From an uncultured Nitrososphaerota archaeon (GTDB taxonomy: Archaea; Thermoproteota; Nitrososphaeria; Nitrososphaerales; Nitrosopumilaceae): a stretch of 64,000 nucleotides of DNA. Location: the NCBI GenBank assembly GCA_963701075.1, contig OY969559.1, positions 1,472,001 through 1,536,000 on the forward strand, given 5' to 3'. Position numbers and translations under genes: made by a program. The notes beneath the pieces are model-generated. The model was not told the origin of the DNA and did no database searches. It saw only the letters and a program-made list of their open reading frames with translations. Positions 50,825-61,485 of this stretch are shown here, in pieces; positions within the stretch are counted from its first letter, which is position 1; every line of letters starts with the position of its first letter.

Positions 50825-52254
50825 ACTCGAGTTTTTAGAATTGATTTCTGAGATATAGCAATTATGGATAAAATAGAAAGTACAAGTATTAGAGGTGCTA
50901 TAGCACCAAACTCGGGAACAAATGTAGTGCTTTTTGAGAACATGATGCCATTGCTCCCATTGTTAGCTTGTTGCCATGCAAGATATACAGTGTTTGATGA
51001 CGACGCCATTGTGTTATACCACGAACCATATGTGCCGTTGGTTACATCTACAGGAGATTCAAAACTATTGCCATCGTCCGCACTTTTAGCTATGTAGACG
51101 TCATAGTGGCCTGGTGTGTTGTCAACCCAACTTGTGTATACATTACCACTATCAACAGATATTTGCGGCCAGCCAGATGCACCAGGAGTGTTACTGACGT
51201 TTAAAGGCGTACCAAATGTTTGTCCACCGTCACTGCTTTTTGCAAAAAGAATATCATAATTTGTGTCTGTTATAGCATTAGTCCATGCCACGTAAACGTT
51301 GTTTCCTACTACAGCAAATTGTGGATATCCTGAATCTTGCAAGTTTACACTCACATTAACTGGTTTTGCAAATGTTACCCCTCCATCAATGCTCTTTGAA
51401 AATAAAATGTCAAAGTTGCCAGGAGTGTCATCCATCCATACCGCATAGATGGTATTGCCATCCACTATCATTTGAGGAGCCCCTGAATCTCCAACATCAT
51501 TACTGATATTTGTTGGAATACTGCCAAAGGTGTTCCCAGAATCATTACTACTACTTAGGAAGACATCAAAATTTTTTGCGCCATTGTCTTCCCACATTAA
51601 ATAAACATTATTTCCATAGGCAGAGATTTTTGGAATTCCAGAGTTGCCACTAACATGAGTGGTAATGGCAACAGGTGTGCCAAATGTAGTACCCCCGTCA
51701 TCGCTTTTCGTAAAAACGATGTTGGTAATGTCGCCTGCCGTTCTTTCTAGCCATGCAACATAAACATGATTATCAGATACCGCAAGTTGTGGAAAAGAGG
51801 AATCTTTAGAATTATCGTTGATTTCAATTGCTGAGATGAAGGTGGTTCCATTGTCATTACTTTTTGCAAATGCAATACTTGATTTGTTTGCTAAAAAAGA
51901 CTGCCAGACAGCATATATTTTGCCTTGAGATTCTACAATTTTCATGTTATCAGGCGCTCCAGAGTCTATATTTCCAAGGTTAATTTCCTTGCCAAAAGAA
52001 GAACCGCCGTCACTGCTTTTTGCAAACATCACCCCAAATTTACCGACAGCATTGTCTACCCATCCAATGTACACGTTATTTCCTGAAACTATCAATTGAG
52101 GAAGAGTGGAATTACTACTAGGAGAGCTAACACCTATAGCATTTGTGAATCCTGTAGAATCAGGATCTGCAAAAACACTTGATATTGATACAGTAAAAAC
52201 TAAAATCAAAAGTACAGGAATGAGTTTTTCCACACACAAAGCTTTAGTCAGCAT
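50821..52254 (-). CDS. Secreted Asp-box/BNR (sialidase-like) propeller with PEFG-CTERM
   Basis: Repeated S.DGG.TF Asp boxes and VY..W; VPEFG followed by a TM segment. Confidence 0.88.
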   Translation of the reverse strand: MLTKALCVEKLIPVLLILVFTVSISSVFADPDSTGFTNAIGVSSPSSNSTLPQLIVSGNNVYIGWVDNAVGKFGVMFAKSSDGGSSFGKEINLGNIDSGAPDNMKIVESQGKIYAVWQSFLANKSSIAFAKSNDNGTTFISAIEINDNSKDSSFPQLAVSDNHVYVAWLERTAGDITNIVFTKSDDGGTTFGTPVAITTHVSGNSGIPKISAYGNNVYLMWEDNGAKNFDVFLSSSNDSGNTFGSIPTNISNDVGDSGAPQMIVDGNTIYAVWMDDTPGNFDILFSKSIDGGVTFAKPVNVSVNLQDSGYPQFAVVGNNVYVAWTNAITDTNYDILFAKSSDGGQTFGTPLNVSNTPGASGWPQISVDSGNVYTSWVDNTPGHYDVYIAKSADDGNSFESPVDVTNGTYGSWYNTMASSSNTVYLAWQQANNGSNGIMFSKSTTFVPEFGAIAPLILVLSILSIIAISQKSILKTRV

Positions 52255-52282
52255 TATAAGATAGTTTTGGTCCAGGAAATAA

Positions 52283-52675
52283 TCACAGATTAATTTCGTC
52301 TACTATGAGATTTAGTTCTACTCTAGTTTTTGTATTTACAGTGTTTGCCACATGTGAGACAAGAACAACGTCTTTGTTTTCATTGTCAAACAGCAAACTG
52401 GTCTTTACTTTAACAGGTTTGAATTCGGTATTCGGCCCAAGCATAATCTTTGGTAAGAGAGAGAGTATTGACATGTCACCAGTAGTAGCTCTTATCTTGT
52501 AAGCAGTTGTATCAGTAAAGTACACTCCTCCCCTTGTGGTAGGCTTTCGTACTGGAATTTTTGATTTAGATATGGAAACATTCTCTAGATCAAAGATCTT
52601 TTCATCGATGTATAGAGCATATTTAAGATTAGAAGTTTGAATTATTTTTGACATTATTTCCTCGTTAATTTCCAT
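52283..52675 (-). CDS. Hypothetical protein
   Basis: Likely start MEINEE at 52675; PTTRGGVYF and MLGPNTEF. Confidence 0.7.
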   Translation of the reverse strand: MEINEEIMSKIIQTSNLKYALYIDEKIFDLENVSISKSKIPVRKPTTRGGVYFTDTTAYKIRATTGDMSILSLLPKIMLGPNTEFKPVKVKTSLLFDNENKDVVLVSHVANTVNTKTRVELNLIVDEINL

Positions 52676-52762
52676 AAGGCGTACACTTGCTCTAACACGT
52701 AATAATCTTCCTTTTGAAGAAATGTTTAAGATGGTTTTAGAGTCATCTTCATAGATCTTTAT

Positions 52763-54265
52763 TTGAAAAATTACGAGATTGAAGCCACTTGGCAATATCA
52801 TGATGGGACAAAACATCCAAACGGAATACTTCTTAACAGAACCCACACGTACCATCCTGCAAACAGGCCTATGCCATACAAGACATACAAAAACGCTGTA
52901 CAGATTAAACTCCCACTGGATAAACAATCAAGTGCAATTTCCGCTCTTGATGCAATCTCAGTTAACACTAAAAGCGGATATGCAAACATTACTCCAGACA
53001 TCAATGTGCTTTCAAGGATGCTCTTCTTCTCAGGAGGCATTACAAAGACACTCAAATTTCCATCTCTTGGCAAGATAGAGTTTCGGGCAGCATCGTGTAC
53101 TGGAGCCCTGTACCACATAGAGATCTACATAGTATGCGCTAACATTTCTGGACTTGAGGCAGGAGTTTATCATTTCAATCCACAGAATCTTTCATTGACA
53201 GTATTAAGAAAGGGAGATTACCGTAAAATTCTTGCAAATGCAACGGCAAATGAGCCTTTTACATCATCTGCACCCATCATGCTGGTTTTCACTGATATGT
53301 TTTCAAGAAATGCAGTCAAGTATCAAGCAAGAGAATACAGACATGCATTTTGGGATTGTGGAACAATTCTTTCAAATGCCCTTGCAATGTCAAATACACA
53401 GAGAATGCCATGCAAGTTGATATTGGGTTTTGTTGACTCTGAGATAAATTCTCTTCTTGGCCTTGATGTAAAAAAAGAGGCCACACTAGCAATATTATCA
53501 CTTGGTCACTCAAGTCAGGAACTTCCAATCCCTCCCCCACTGTCCGATATTGCCAAGGCAGAGCCAGAGCAGGACATGAGTCTTTGTGCCATAAATGAGA
53601 TTCACGAGTCATCTTCTCTGACAGGCCATCAAGAAGTTTCATCTTGGCGAAAACAGAACACTAAAGACACACATCAAAAACGCGTGAAAACAATTGAAAG
53701 TATGGAAAGTATCTTTCCGGAAGACAGTCTAGAAACGGTCATTCTCAGACGCGGATCTACACGTAAATTTTCTCATAGTTCTATTTCACTTGAACAATTA
53801 TCCACCATACTGAAAAGATCCACAGGTGGAATCACTTCAGATTTTGAAGAAGAAAGTATCAACGACATTTACTTGATTGTAAATGCAGTAGATGGACTAG
53901 AACAGGGTGCATATTTTTATAACAAGGAACACAGCTCGTTGGAGATTTTACAAAAAGGAGACTTTAGAGATGTATCAGGACATCTGGGCCTTGACCAAAG
54001 TTTACCACGTGATGCATCAGTTACAATATTTTTCATGGTAAACCTTCAGAAAATTCTAGAATATTTTGGCAATCGCGGATACAGAGTTGCACAGTTAGAT
54101 GCAAGCATCATTGGAGGACGGATGTATCTTGCATCATGTGCATTGCATATTGGAGTTACAGGACTTACATTTTATGACGATGAGGTAACAGAATTTTTCT
54201 CTCCTCATGCCAGCAATAAAAGCACCATGTTCATGATTGCAATAGGCAAGAAGGCCAAATCATAG
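52763..54265 (+). CDS. SagB/ThcOx-family double nitroreductase-domain dehydrogenase
   Basis: RAASCTGALY, G.YH, KYQAREYR, RRGSTR and RGYR. Confidence 0.88.
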   Translation: MKNYEIEATWQYHDGTKHPNGILLNRTHTYHPANRPMPYKTYKNAVQIKLPLDKQSSAISALDAISVNTKSGYANITPDINVLSRMLFFSGGITKTLKFPSLGKIEFRAASCTGALYHIEIYIVCANISGLEAGVYHFNPQNLSLTVLRKGDYRKILANATANEPFTSSAPIMLVFTDMFSRNAVKYQAREYRHAFWDCGTILSNALAMSNTQRMPCKLILGFVDSEINSLLGLDVKKEATLAILSLGHSSQELPIPPPLSDIAKAEPEQDMSLCAINEIHESSSLTGHQEVSSWRKQNTKDTHQKRVKTIESMESIFPEDSLETVILRRGSTRKFSHSSISLEQLSTILKRSTGGITSDFEEESINDIYLIVNAVDGLEQGAYFYNKEHSSLEILQKGDFRDVSGHLGLDQSLPRDASVTIFFMVNLQKILEYFGNRGYRVAQLDASIIGGRMYLASCALHIGVTGLTFYDDEVTEFFSPHASNKSTMFMIAIGKKAKS

Positions 54266-54337
54266 AGGCCATACTGTAAGTTTGACATTCATACATCTCT
54301 CAATCCTTATATCTTTACTATCAAATTCATCAGGAAT

Positions 54338-54538
54338 ATGCGTATCAAGAAAATTCATGTGATACTTGCATTACTCATTCTGATTCCGTCATTTGTTAAT
54401 CTCGGAGTTCCAATCTATAACAGAGATTCACCAGAATTATTAGGAATACCATTTTTTTACTGGTTCCAAACTTTCTGGTTATTTGCATCAGCAGGATTCT
54501 ACATTGTTTTTGCTCGCCTAAAGGGGAATCAGGGATGA
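54338..54538 (+). CDS. DUF3311 small membrane protein
   Basis: YNR..P.L.G.PFFYWFQ; overlaps the start of the symporter. Confidence 0.85.
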   Translation: MRIKKIHVILALLILIPSFVNLGVPIYNRDSPELLGIPFFYWFQTFWLFASAGFYIVFARLKGNQG

Positions 54539-56034
54539 TTAGTTCCGATATAACTATCGCATTTGTTTCTCTTTTCATTGTGTTTATTGCTTTAGGATTT
54601 TACGGAAAATATTGGAGAAGAGGGGATCTCAATCATGTACACGAGTGGGCTCTTGCTGGAAGAAGGCTTGGTACTACACTAGTTTTCTTTCTCATAGGGG
54701 CCGACCTTTATACTGCATACAGCTTTGTTGCAGTTCCCTCTGGAGTTTTTGCCAAAGGTTCTCTCTATTTTTTTGCCATTCCCTACGTCATGCTAACTTT
54801 TGGAGTAGCACTTGTAACCATGCCAAGATTATGGACTTTGGCAAGAGAAAAAGGATACATTACAGCTTCAGATTTTGTCAAGGACAGGTTTGGTAGCACC
54901 ACACTTGCAATAATGATAGCCATTACAGGCATAGTTGCTGAACTACCATACATAGCACTTCAGATAGTAGGCATGCAAGCAGTTTTGACCGTCATGCTTG
55001 CCGGTTCCGCCAATGCCCAAATTGTAGAGGAAATTTCACTTTTAATTTCCTTCATAGTCTTGGCTGCATTTACGTACACAAGTGGGTTACGCGGAACTAC
55101 ACTTACTGCAATATTCAAAGATATCATCATCTGGATTACAGTTTTTGCAGTAATCATAGTAGTTCCACTTAGCATAGGTGGATTTCAACACGCTTTCAGT
55201 CAAGTGAAGGCAAATTATGTCACATTACCTTCTGCTCTGATGCCTGCTTATGCTACACTGATTCTTGGCAGTGCATTGGCTCTCTATCTTTATCCTCATG
55301 CAATAAATGGTGTGCTAAGTTCTGAGAGTGCCCAAAAGCTTCGAACGAGTACAGCACTGCTCCCCCTCTATGGTGTGGGGCTTGCAATACTTGCGTTAAT
55401 GGGTGTACTAGTATATGCAGTTCCCAATGCGATGAATTTTCTTTCAGGATTTCCAGAAAGTTCTCGAGGAATACTTGTGGTTCCATCGCTGATAATGTAT
55501 ACAATGCCCGGATGGTTTTCAGGAATTGCATTACTTGGCATTTTTGTTGGCGGTCTTGTACCTGCAGCCATCATGGCCATGGCACAGGCAAATTTGCTTA
55601 CAAGAAACATAATAAAGGAATTAAAACCAAACATTACAAACAGTTCAGAGATTCGAATTACCAAAATTTCATCAACAGTTTTTAAATTCATTGCACTAGG
55701 TTTTGTTTTTGTAGTCCCTGCAACATATGCAATATCCTTACAATTACTTGGCGGAATATTGATTGCTCAAATATTGCCCGCCGTTATTTGTGGTTTGTAT
55801 GTCAAGTCCTTGAGAAAAACTCCGTTGATAATAGGCTTGCTTGTTGGCATAGGCTCTGGGATTTACATGCTAGAAGCTGCAAATAATTTTGGAGCGCTAA
55901 CAATATCACTTTTCAATACAAGTTTTGGCTCAATTTACATTGCCGTGATATCACTTGCCATCAATCTAGCAATATCATTTGGTGGAAGCTATGCAATAAA
56001 TAAGACACAGACATCAAAAATGGAAAAAAATTAA
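54535..56034 (+). CDS. Sodium:solute symporter (MctP/YhjB-like)
   Basis: [28 protein letters not shown] and LVPAAIM. Confidence 0.92.
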   Translation: MISSDITIAFVSLFIVFIALGFYGKYWRRGDLNHVHEWALAGRRLGTTLVFFLIGADLYTAYSFVAVPSGVFAKGSLYFFAIPYVMLTFGVALVTMPRLWTLAREKGYITASDFVKDRFGSTTLAIMIAITGIVAELPYIALQIVGMQAVLTVMLAGSANAQIVEEISLLISFIVLAAFTYTSGLRGTTLTAIFKDIIIWITVFAVIIVVPLSIGGFQHAFSQVKANYVTLPSALMPAYATLILGSALALYLYPHAINGVLSSESAQKLRTSTALLPLYGVGLAILALMGVLVYAVPNAMNFLSGFPESSRGILVVPSLIMYTMPGWFSGIALLGIFVGGLVPAAIMAMAQANLLTRNIIKELKPNITNSSEIRITKISSTVFKFIALGFVFVVPATYAISLQLLGGILIAQILPAVICGLYVKSLRKTPLIIGLLVGIGSGIYMLEAANNFGALTISLFNTSFGSIYIAVISLAINLAISFGGSYAINKTQTSKMEKN

Positions 56035-56100
56035 GATGTAGTATTAACCCATAGTCTAAAGATTAAAAATGCAATAAAATAAAAACTATTTTTTTAGAGT

Positions 56101-56661
56101 CTACTCGTATTCCATTAGTTTCTTCTCTTCTAGAAGAGTATGCAGATTGTGAACTGCTCTATATACCTCAGTTTCTTTCTTTGTACCAGTACATACTAGC
56201 TTTCCAGATGCAAAGATTAGAACGACAGATCTTGGATCAAGCATTCTATGAATTAACCCTGGGAATTGCTCGGGTTCATACATGCTTCTTGGGAGACTTC
56301 GTGCTGCTTTTTCAAGGTGTACTTTTCCACCAAGGCTCACTGAGGCAACTATGTTTTGAATGGTTATCTCAGGGTCATTTTTGATCTTTATCTTCCCCTT
56401 TCGAAGTTTCTGAACTACGGTATTCACTGCGTTAATAGCTGCCTCTTCAGATTTAGAACCAGTGCATACCATTTTACCTGAGCTGAAGATTAGTGTTGCA
56501 GTCTTTGGAGATTTTAATCTAAAGACCAGTCCAGGGAACTGTTCTGGGTGATATTCTACATCTGGAAATGTTTTTGTTATTTCAACAAGGTCAATTTTTT
56601 GATCGACTGAAGCAGAGGCAACAACGTTTACGATATCTACGATCGGTTTTGTTTGCGGCAT
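56101..56661 (-). CDS. tbp: TATA-box-binding protein
   Basis: Two repeats NVVAS/NIVAS, Y.PEQFPGL and LIF.SGK..CTG. Confidence 0.97.
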   Translation of the reverse strand: MPQTKPIVDIVNVVASASVDQKIDLVEITKTFPDVEYHPEQFPGLVFRLKSPKTATLIFSSGKMVCTGSKSEEAAINAVNTVVQKLRKGKIKIKNDPEITIQNIVASVSLGGKVHLEKAARSLPRSMYEPEQFPGLIHRMLDPRSVVLIFASGKLVCTGTKKETEVYRAVHNLHTLLEEKKLMEYE

Positions 56662-56813
56662 TTATAAGGGTACAATTTAGTACCATATATACCAATTACA
56701 TCCTCTACGCAGGAAAAATTGAAAAAAAATGCCTCACAGAATACAATAGAGATCAAACTACAACATCCCAAATCTCTAGTATGAGGCACATGAGATCGTT
56801 CCACTGATCTTTT

Positions 56814-57101
56814 CTACATCCACATCTTCGGATATTTCAGAAATGGTTTAAGGGTCATCCCCCCAACAACTCTTAACTTATGATCTTCTTCTGCCATTCC
56901 AATGCCATATTTTTGGCCAAGCCCAAATCTCTTTTTGTCCAAATCCGTTCCACGATGTTGTTCAACAACGATTTCTGCATGAAATTCAACATCAGTTAAT
57001 TTTCTTCCATAGTACATCGCTTGCATGACAAGTTCAGGTTTAATTTTTTACAGCCTGCTCTTTATGTCATCTAGGAACTTTGCCTCAATTAGTTGAGACA
57101 T
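56814..57101 (-). pseudogene. Hypothetical gene with in-frame premature TAA at 57048-57050
   Basis: MSQLIEAKFLDDIKSRL*KIKPELVMQAMYYG... continues in the same frame. Confidence 0.45.
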
Positions 57102-57217
57102 GATTCAATATGTCAAAACCTTATTTAAGTTTGCCAGTAATACGCAAAAACACACATGGTGCAATCTAGAACGATCTTATTGAATTATATTCTGCGAGAA
57201 AAAAGCTCTCAAAATAA

Positions 57218-57574
57218 ATGAATTTTGGAAAAATATTTGACCGCAAAAAAGCTGATAGTTCTAGTAAAAATCTAGAAGAGATTTCCAAAATAAAAGAAGA
57301 AATCGAGAAAGAAGACAAGATATTCGAAAAGGAATTGCCTGCAAAATATGCTTTATTGCAAAAATTTGACATGTCAGACATGAAAGCATTGTGTAATGAA
57401 TTGCTAGGAAGCGAGCCAGTAGTCGAGGAATACGATGATCCTAAAAGTGGAGATAAAAAAATACTTCCTCAATACAAGGAAGATTTCATACATTTCATCA
57501 TAGATGAATTAAGACTGTCTGAGATAAAGGACTATGCGATAAAAAATAAGATTGCGTCTGATGAACTTAAATAA
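57218..57574 (+). CDS. Hypothetical protein (paralogue of 33419-33661)
   Basis: Shared C-terminal pattern with the 33419 ORF. Confidence 0.75.
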   Translation: MNFGKIFDRKKADSSSKNLEEISKIKEEIEKEDKIFEKELPAKYALLQKFDMSDMKALCNELLGSEPVVEEYDDPKSGDKKILPQYKEDFIHFIIDELRLSEIKDYAIKNKIASDELK

Positions 57575-57600
57575 TAGTAATAAACACCATTTGCAGAATT

Positions 57601-59070
57601 TCAGCTGTTTGGAATAATAAGATCAAGAAAGATTGTTTTTGTTACAATTCCATTAGATACGCTAACCCCTAGTGTATAGTTACCTGGAGGAGAAGAATAA
57701 TTCCGCAATAGCAGTTGCACGTCATGACTAGAAGAAAGATCAAGAGTGTCTGGAGATAATCGCACATCGAGATTTCCAAAACCTGCAGCTGGAACCAGCG
57801 AACTTGAAGCATTCAAAAACACATGATTTGCGCTATAGGGACTCTGGCCATCAATTTTTAGATTTACAGATATTTCTTTTGAAGCATCAGAGCTTAGTAC
57901 AACCTTGTTTGTATCTGAAGATATGGAAAAAGGCAGCTGTACATGGCCATCAATTTTTGCTAATTTGTTAGTGTTCCATTCTGAAAACCACAGTATCATG
58001 TTGTCATTAGGATCTGTGGCGATGTTAAGAGGATATGTGAGATAACCATCTGCTGGCCTAGATGGAATGTCGTACTCTACCATAGTTTTGTTCACTGTAT
58101 CAAAGTATGCAAGCTTGTTTCCCTCATGTTCATTGAACCACAAGTCTTTACCATCATTAATTCCTCGTATCCAAAATGGAAGTGTTGTTGCATGATACAC
58201 ATTTTGCGAGGTTGGATACCGTACAACCTGATCATTTCCAAGATTGTATTTGGTAAGAAAACTTGTGCCGTGTTCTGTCAGCCATATAGAATCATTATCG
58301 ACAAGAAGATCAGTAGGAGATGAAAGTTGGGTCTGGTTATCTATTGGAATTTCTTTTACTTTTGTGATTCCAGTTACAGTGCCATTTTCACGGTCTATGT
58401 TAAATTCAACAATCTTTTGAGTGGTTATTTCTGTGACCCATACCGAGTTGTTTTGCAAGTACAATCCAGCTGGGGCGGTATCATTGCCAAGGTCAAATGC
58501 AGATATTTTGTAGCCAGTTTGTGAATCAGCATTTTTTTCTACAACACACAAGGCATCACCGCTAAGTGTAGTAAACCACACATCTCCAGTGTTTGCATCT
58601 GTCTTCATCTGAAACGCAGATCCTGCCTCTGATAAAATAGAGTGAAAAGTATCGTTTGTAGGATCAAAATACCATATAGATTTAGTTCCAAGCGGGGAAA
58701 ACCATATGATTCCGTCTTTATCTTGAACTACAGTCCAGACCATAGTTGTGTTCTGACCAGGATTAAAATACTGCGAATTATTGTCTGTTATCTCATAATT
58801 TTTTAGTTGCCCTGATTTTTGATCAAAGCTGTAAAGTAAGTCTGACTTGGATGATGTAGCCCACACTGTTCCTGTTTTATCTACAATTAGACCGTTAGGT
58901 CCAGAATTATCAGGTAGTGAGTATTCTTGTAGATAGGGATTTTGACTCGGGGTTGGGTTCAAGATATACTCTGAGGGTTCAGATGCGGTCGGTTTTTGGG
59001 ATACAAACCAAGCTACTGCAAAGCCAACTAGTATTACCCCTATAACAACGCCCATCTTTTTAGATATCAA
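57601..59070 (-). CDS. Membrane-anchored Vgb-lyase-like beta-propeller protein
   Basis: N-terminal TM; repeated G.(V/I)W(F/V)(T/S)E blades. Confidence 0.82.
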   Translation of the reverse strand: MISKKMGVVIGVILVGFAVAWFVSQKPTASEPSEYILNPTPSQNPYLQEYSLPDNSGPNGLIVDKTGTVWATSSKSDLLYSFDQKSGQLKNYEITDNNSQYFNPGQNTTMVWTVVQDKDGIIWFSPLGTKSIWYFDPTNDTFHSILSEAGSAFQMKTDANTGDVWFTTLSGDALCVVEKNADSQTGYKISAFDLGNDTAPAGLYLQNNSVWVTEITTQKIVEFNIDRENGTVTGITKVKEIPIDNQTQLSSPTDLLVDNDSIWLTEHGTSFLTKYNLGNDQVVRYPTSQNVYHATTLPFWIRGINDGKDLWFNEHEGNKLAYFDTVNKTMVEYDIPSRPADGYLTYPLNIATDPNDNMILWFSEWNTNKLAKIDGHVQLPFSISSDTNKVVLSSDASKEISVNLKIDGQSPYSANHVFLNASSSLVPAAGFGNLDVRLSPDTLDLSSSHDVQLLLRNYSSPPGNYTLGVSVSNGIVTKTIFLDLIIPNS

Positions 59071-59242
59071 ATATGCTCTCCCTGAAATTCATGTCTAGTT
59101 TCTTTATTAGTGTCGCGAAGATTCTTGCCTAATTTAGAACTATTCCAAATCACAAATAGACCAGATAACACACTGTATTGCTTGAAAACAAGATATGAGA
59201 CCATGACCAAATATAATATACCAAAACTGTCTAACCCACACA

Positions 59243-59758
59243 ATGCAAAAAAAGTACCTGCTTTTAGTGGTTTATTTCAGTTTCTTTGCTGGTCTTGTGA
59301 CTTATGAAATAATGCATCCATCGTTTAGCACTGATGCCGCAAAAGTCGGTAACTATGAAGTCCAAGTGTCTACAACACCTTCAGTACCTAATGTAGGTGG
59401 TGACACGAAGATTCACTTCCTAGTGTTAGACCAGAATGGCAACCAAGTTGACAAAATCAGGATGGGTTTAGAAATTTATTATAACGATAATTTAATGAAA
59501 GAATTTCCTCCAAACGATTACCCAGGAGCATTTGACATAGATTACACATTCCAAGAACCTGGAAATCATGTATTTAGAACCGAGATTTTTGATCCAAGTA
59601 CTGGAAATATAGAATTATATGAATTCAATATAACGACGCTTAGTCTATACGCATCAATTTTTGTAGTTCTAGTAATTGCAGGAGTTGGCGGCGCAGGAGG
59701 CATAGTCATAGCAATATTGATCTTTGCCAAACGAACACGTCCGAGCTCTAGATATTGA
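59243..59758 (+). CDS. Membrane protein with Ig-like extracellular domain
   Basis: N- and C-terminal TM segments; YTFQEPG.H. Confidence 0.7.
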   Translation: MQKKYLLLVVYFSFFAGLVTYEIMHPSFSTDAAKVGNYEVQVSTTPSVPNVGGDTKIHFLVLDQNGNQVDKIRMGLEIYYNDNLMKEFPPNDYPGAFDIDYTFQEPGNHVFRTEIFDPSTGNIELYEFNITTLSLYASIFVVLVIAGVGGAGGIVIAILIFAKRTRPSSRY

Positions 59759-59764
59759 GATAAA

Positions 59765-59859
59765 GGCGTGGCCCGCAAATGCAGGACACTTGGAGATTAC
59801 CTCCCTTTGAACAGCGCCTTTGCGCTTGGTTCGCATAATAGTTCCTGCAGGGCCACGCT
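59765..59859. ncRNA. Candidate structured ncRNA (~95 nt, three-way junction)
   Basis: gcgtggccc/gggccacgc, tgcagga/tcctgca, ggag/ctcc and gaac-agcgc/gcgct-gttc stems; a GC-rich island in an AT-rich intergenic region. Confidence 0.55.
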
Positions 59860-60098
59860 ATGTCAAGCCATTTTTTGTGGCTTTATGAACATGTGGTATA
59901 ATGAATTCCATAATATTTAAGAATTCATTTAAAAAATTTTGAATTAAATTTTAATTCATCGATTTATTATTAATATAATACCATTTTTATCTACAATGTA
60001 GAAGACACTGAGAATTGGCACATAATTCTAGTCGTCCTGTTTGAGCTGTATACCATCATCTTGCAATGCCGAGATTTTCTGGATATATGTAATTTCAT

Positions 60099-60629
60099 TC
60101 ATTGAGATGGTTGAGTTGTTGACGCCGAGGCTGGTACGCTTCTAAAGTATGCTTTAACATTTGGCCTGAATAGATAGAATATGATAATTCCGTTAATTAT
60201 TAAATTTATAACCTCGACAATATGAAACAGTGCAGCCACTATTGCAAAGATTCCTATGCCAACACTTGCAAAAACCACCATGGTGATCCTTGCCCACTGG
60301 TATCCTTTCAGTAATCCATATGCTACAAAGAAAGAAGACATCCCTATGATGAACATTATGACGGCAATTACGAAATGGTTCGGATGAAATAACCAAATAA
60401 AGAAAGAAAATATCCCTACGACAAACATTATGACCCCGGGACCATAAATGAACTGGGCACCTAAATGCCAAGGCATTTGCAATTGCATTCCCACGATACC
60501 AAACTCTGGCATTTTTTGGAGTGGTGCAAATAAAGCAGATATGGAGTTATTTATTATCATAAGTATGGCGGCAACTATAGACATTGCACTTAGAACCGTT
60601 ACACCAGAAGGACGTCTTTGCATCATCAT
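60099..60629 (-). CDS. Multi-pass membrane protein
   Basis: RPSGVT, GLLKG..WAR and YLFRP.VK.YF; internal duplicated TM segment. Confidence 0.75.
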   Translation of the reverse strand: MMMQRRPSGVTVLSAMSIVAAILMIINNSISALFAPLQKMPEFGIVGMQLQMPWHLGAQFIYGPGVIMFVVGIFSFFIWLFHPNHFVIAVIMFIIGMSSFFVAYGLLKGYQWARITMVVFASVGIGIFAIVAALFHIVEVINLIINGIIIFYLFRPNVKAYFRSVPASASTTQPSQ

Positions 60630-60705
60630 TAGTATGGAAATTTTGCCTTATTAGGATGTACTAGAATATTATCCATAAGAGGCATTGTAGAAAACATTGG
60701 AATTT

Positions 60706-60918
60706 TTATTCCAACATTGTCCAGAATCTAGAATATCTGAAAAGACCAACCCATCCAGATATGAAGAATACTAGCGACAACACAAATAGAAAATAGAGAT
60801 CTCTTTTACGATGTGCAAGATCCATATTGAGAAAGATGAACGCACCCATACCAATCAATCCAAAAAACAGGAGTAACCTCCCAAGTCGCTTCCAATTCAA
60901 GTATAGAACAAATAGCAA
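60706..60918 (-). CDS. Small 2-TM hypothetical protein
   Basis: Two hydrophobic segments. Confidence 0.5.
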   Translation of the reverse strand: MLFVLYLNWKRLGRLLLFFGLIGMGAFIFLNMDLAHRKRDLYFLFVLSLVFFISGWVGLFRYSRFWTMLE

Positions 60919-60998
60919 CTGAGATATAAAATAGATATGGCTTTAGATTTAAGGCAATCACTATAAAATCTATTTAGAAAATAACTTTTTAACGACGG

Positions 60999-61454
60999 TT
61001 ATACGATTCCACATTTTGCATAGTATTGTTGATGATATTCTTCTGCCTTGTAGAACTCTGGCGCATGTAGTATCTCAGTTACAATTTTTTTCCCTGATTT
61101 TTCTGAGTTTTGGAGTTGCTCCTTTGATTGTTTGGCTGCCTTTTCTTGATCTTGGTCATGACAGAAGATCACTGACCTATACTGAGCACCCACGTCTGGA
61201 CCTTGTCGGTTCAACGATGTCGGATCATGACAATGCCAAAACACATTCAGGATCTCAGCATACGATATAACAGACGGGTCAAACTCAACTTGAACTACTT
61301 CTGCATGTCCGGTTTGGTCTGAACAGACATCTTCATATGTTGGGTTACTTAGGTTGCCTCCCATATATCCCACCGCTGTCGATGTCACACCCTTTATCTT
61401 TCTGAATTCGTGCTCAACACACCAAAAACATCCAGCTCCAAAAGTAGCCTTCAT
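60999..61454 (-). CDS. msrA: Peptide methionine sulfoxide reductase A
   Basis: GCFWC, GHAE, DPT..NRQG.D.G.QYRS and AEEYHQ.Y. Confidence 0.97.
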   Translation of the reverse strand: MKATFGAGCFWCVEHEFRKIKGVTSTAVGYMGGNLSNPTYEDVCSDQTGHAEVVQVEFDPSVISYAEILNVFWHCHDPTSLNRQGPDVGAQYRSVIFCHDQDQEKAAKQSKEQLQNSEKSGKKIVTEILHAPEFYKAEEYHQQYYAKCGIV

Positions 61455-61485
61455 TGATAGATGTTCACGAGTGCAGAATTAAATC

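Noticed and set aside
52763-54265. SagB-like dehydrogenase as part of a RiPP (azole peptide) cluster
   Set aside because: No YcaO, precursor or exporter is adjacent, and stand-alone SagB-like nitroreductases are common.
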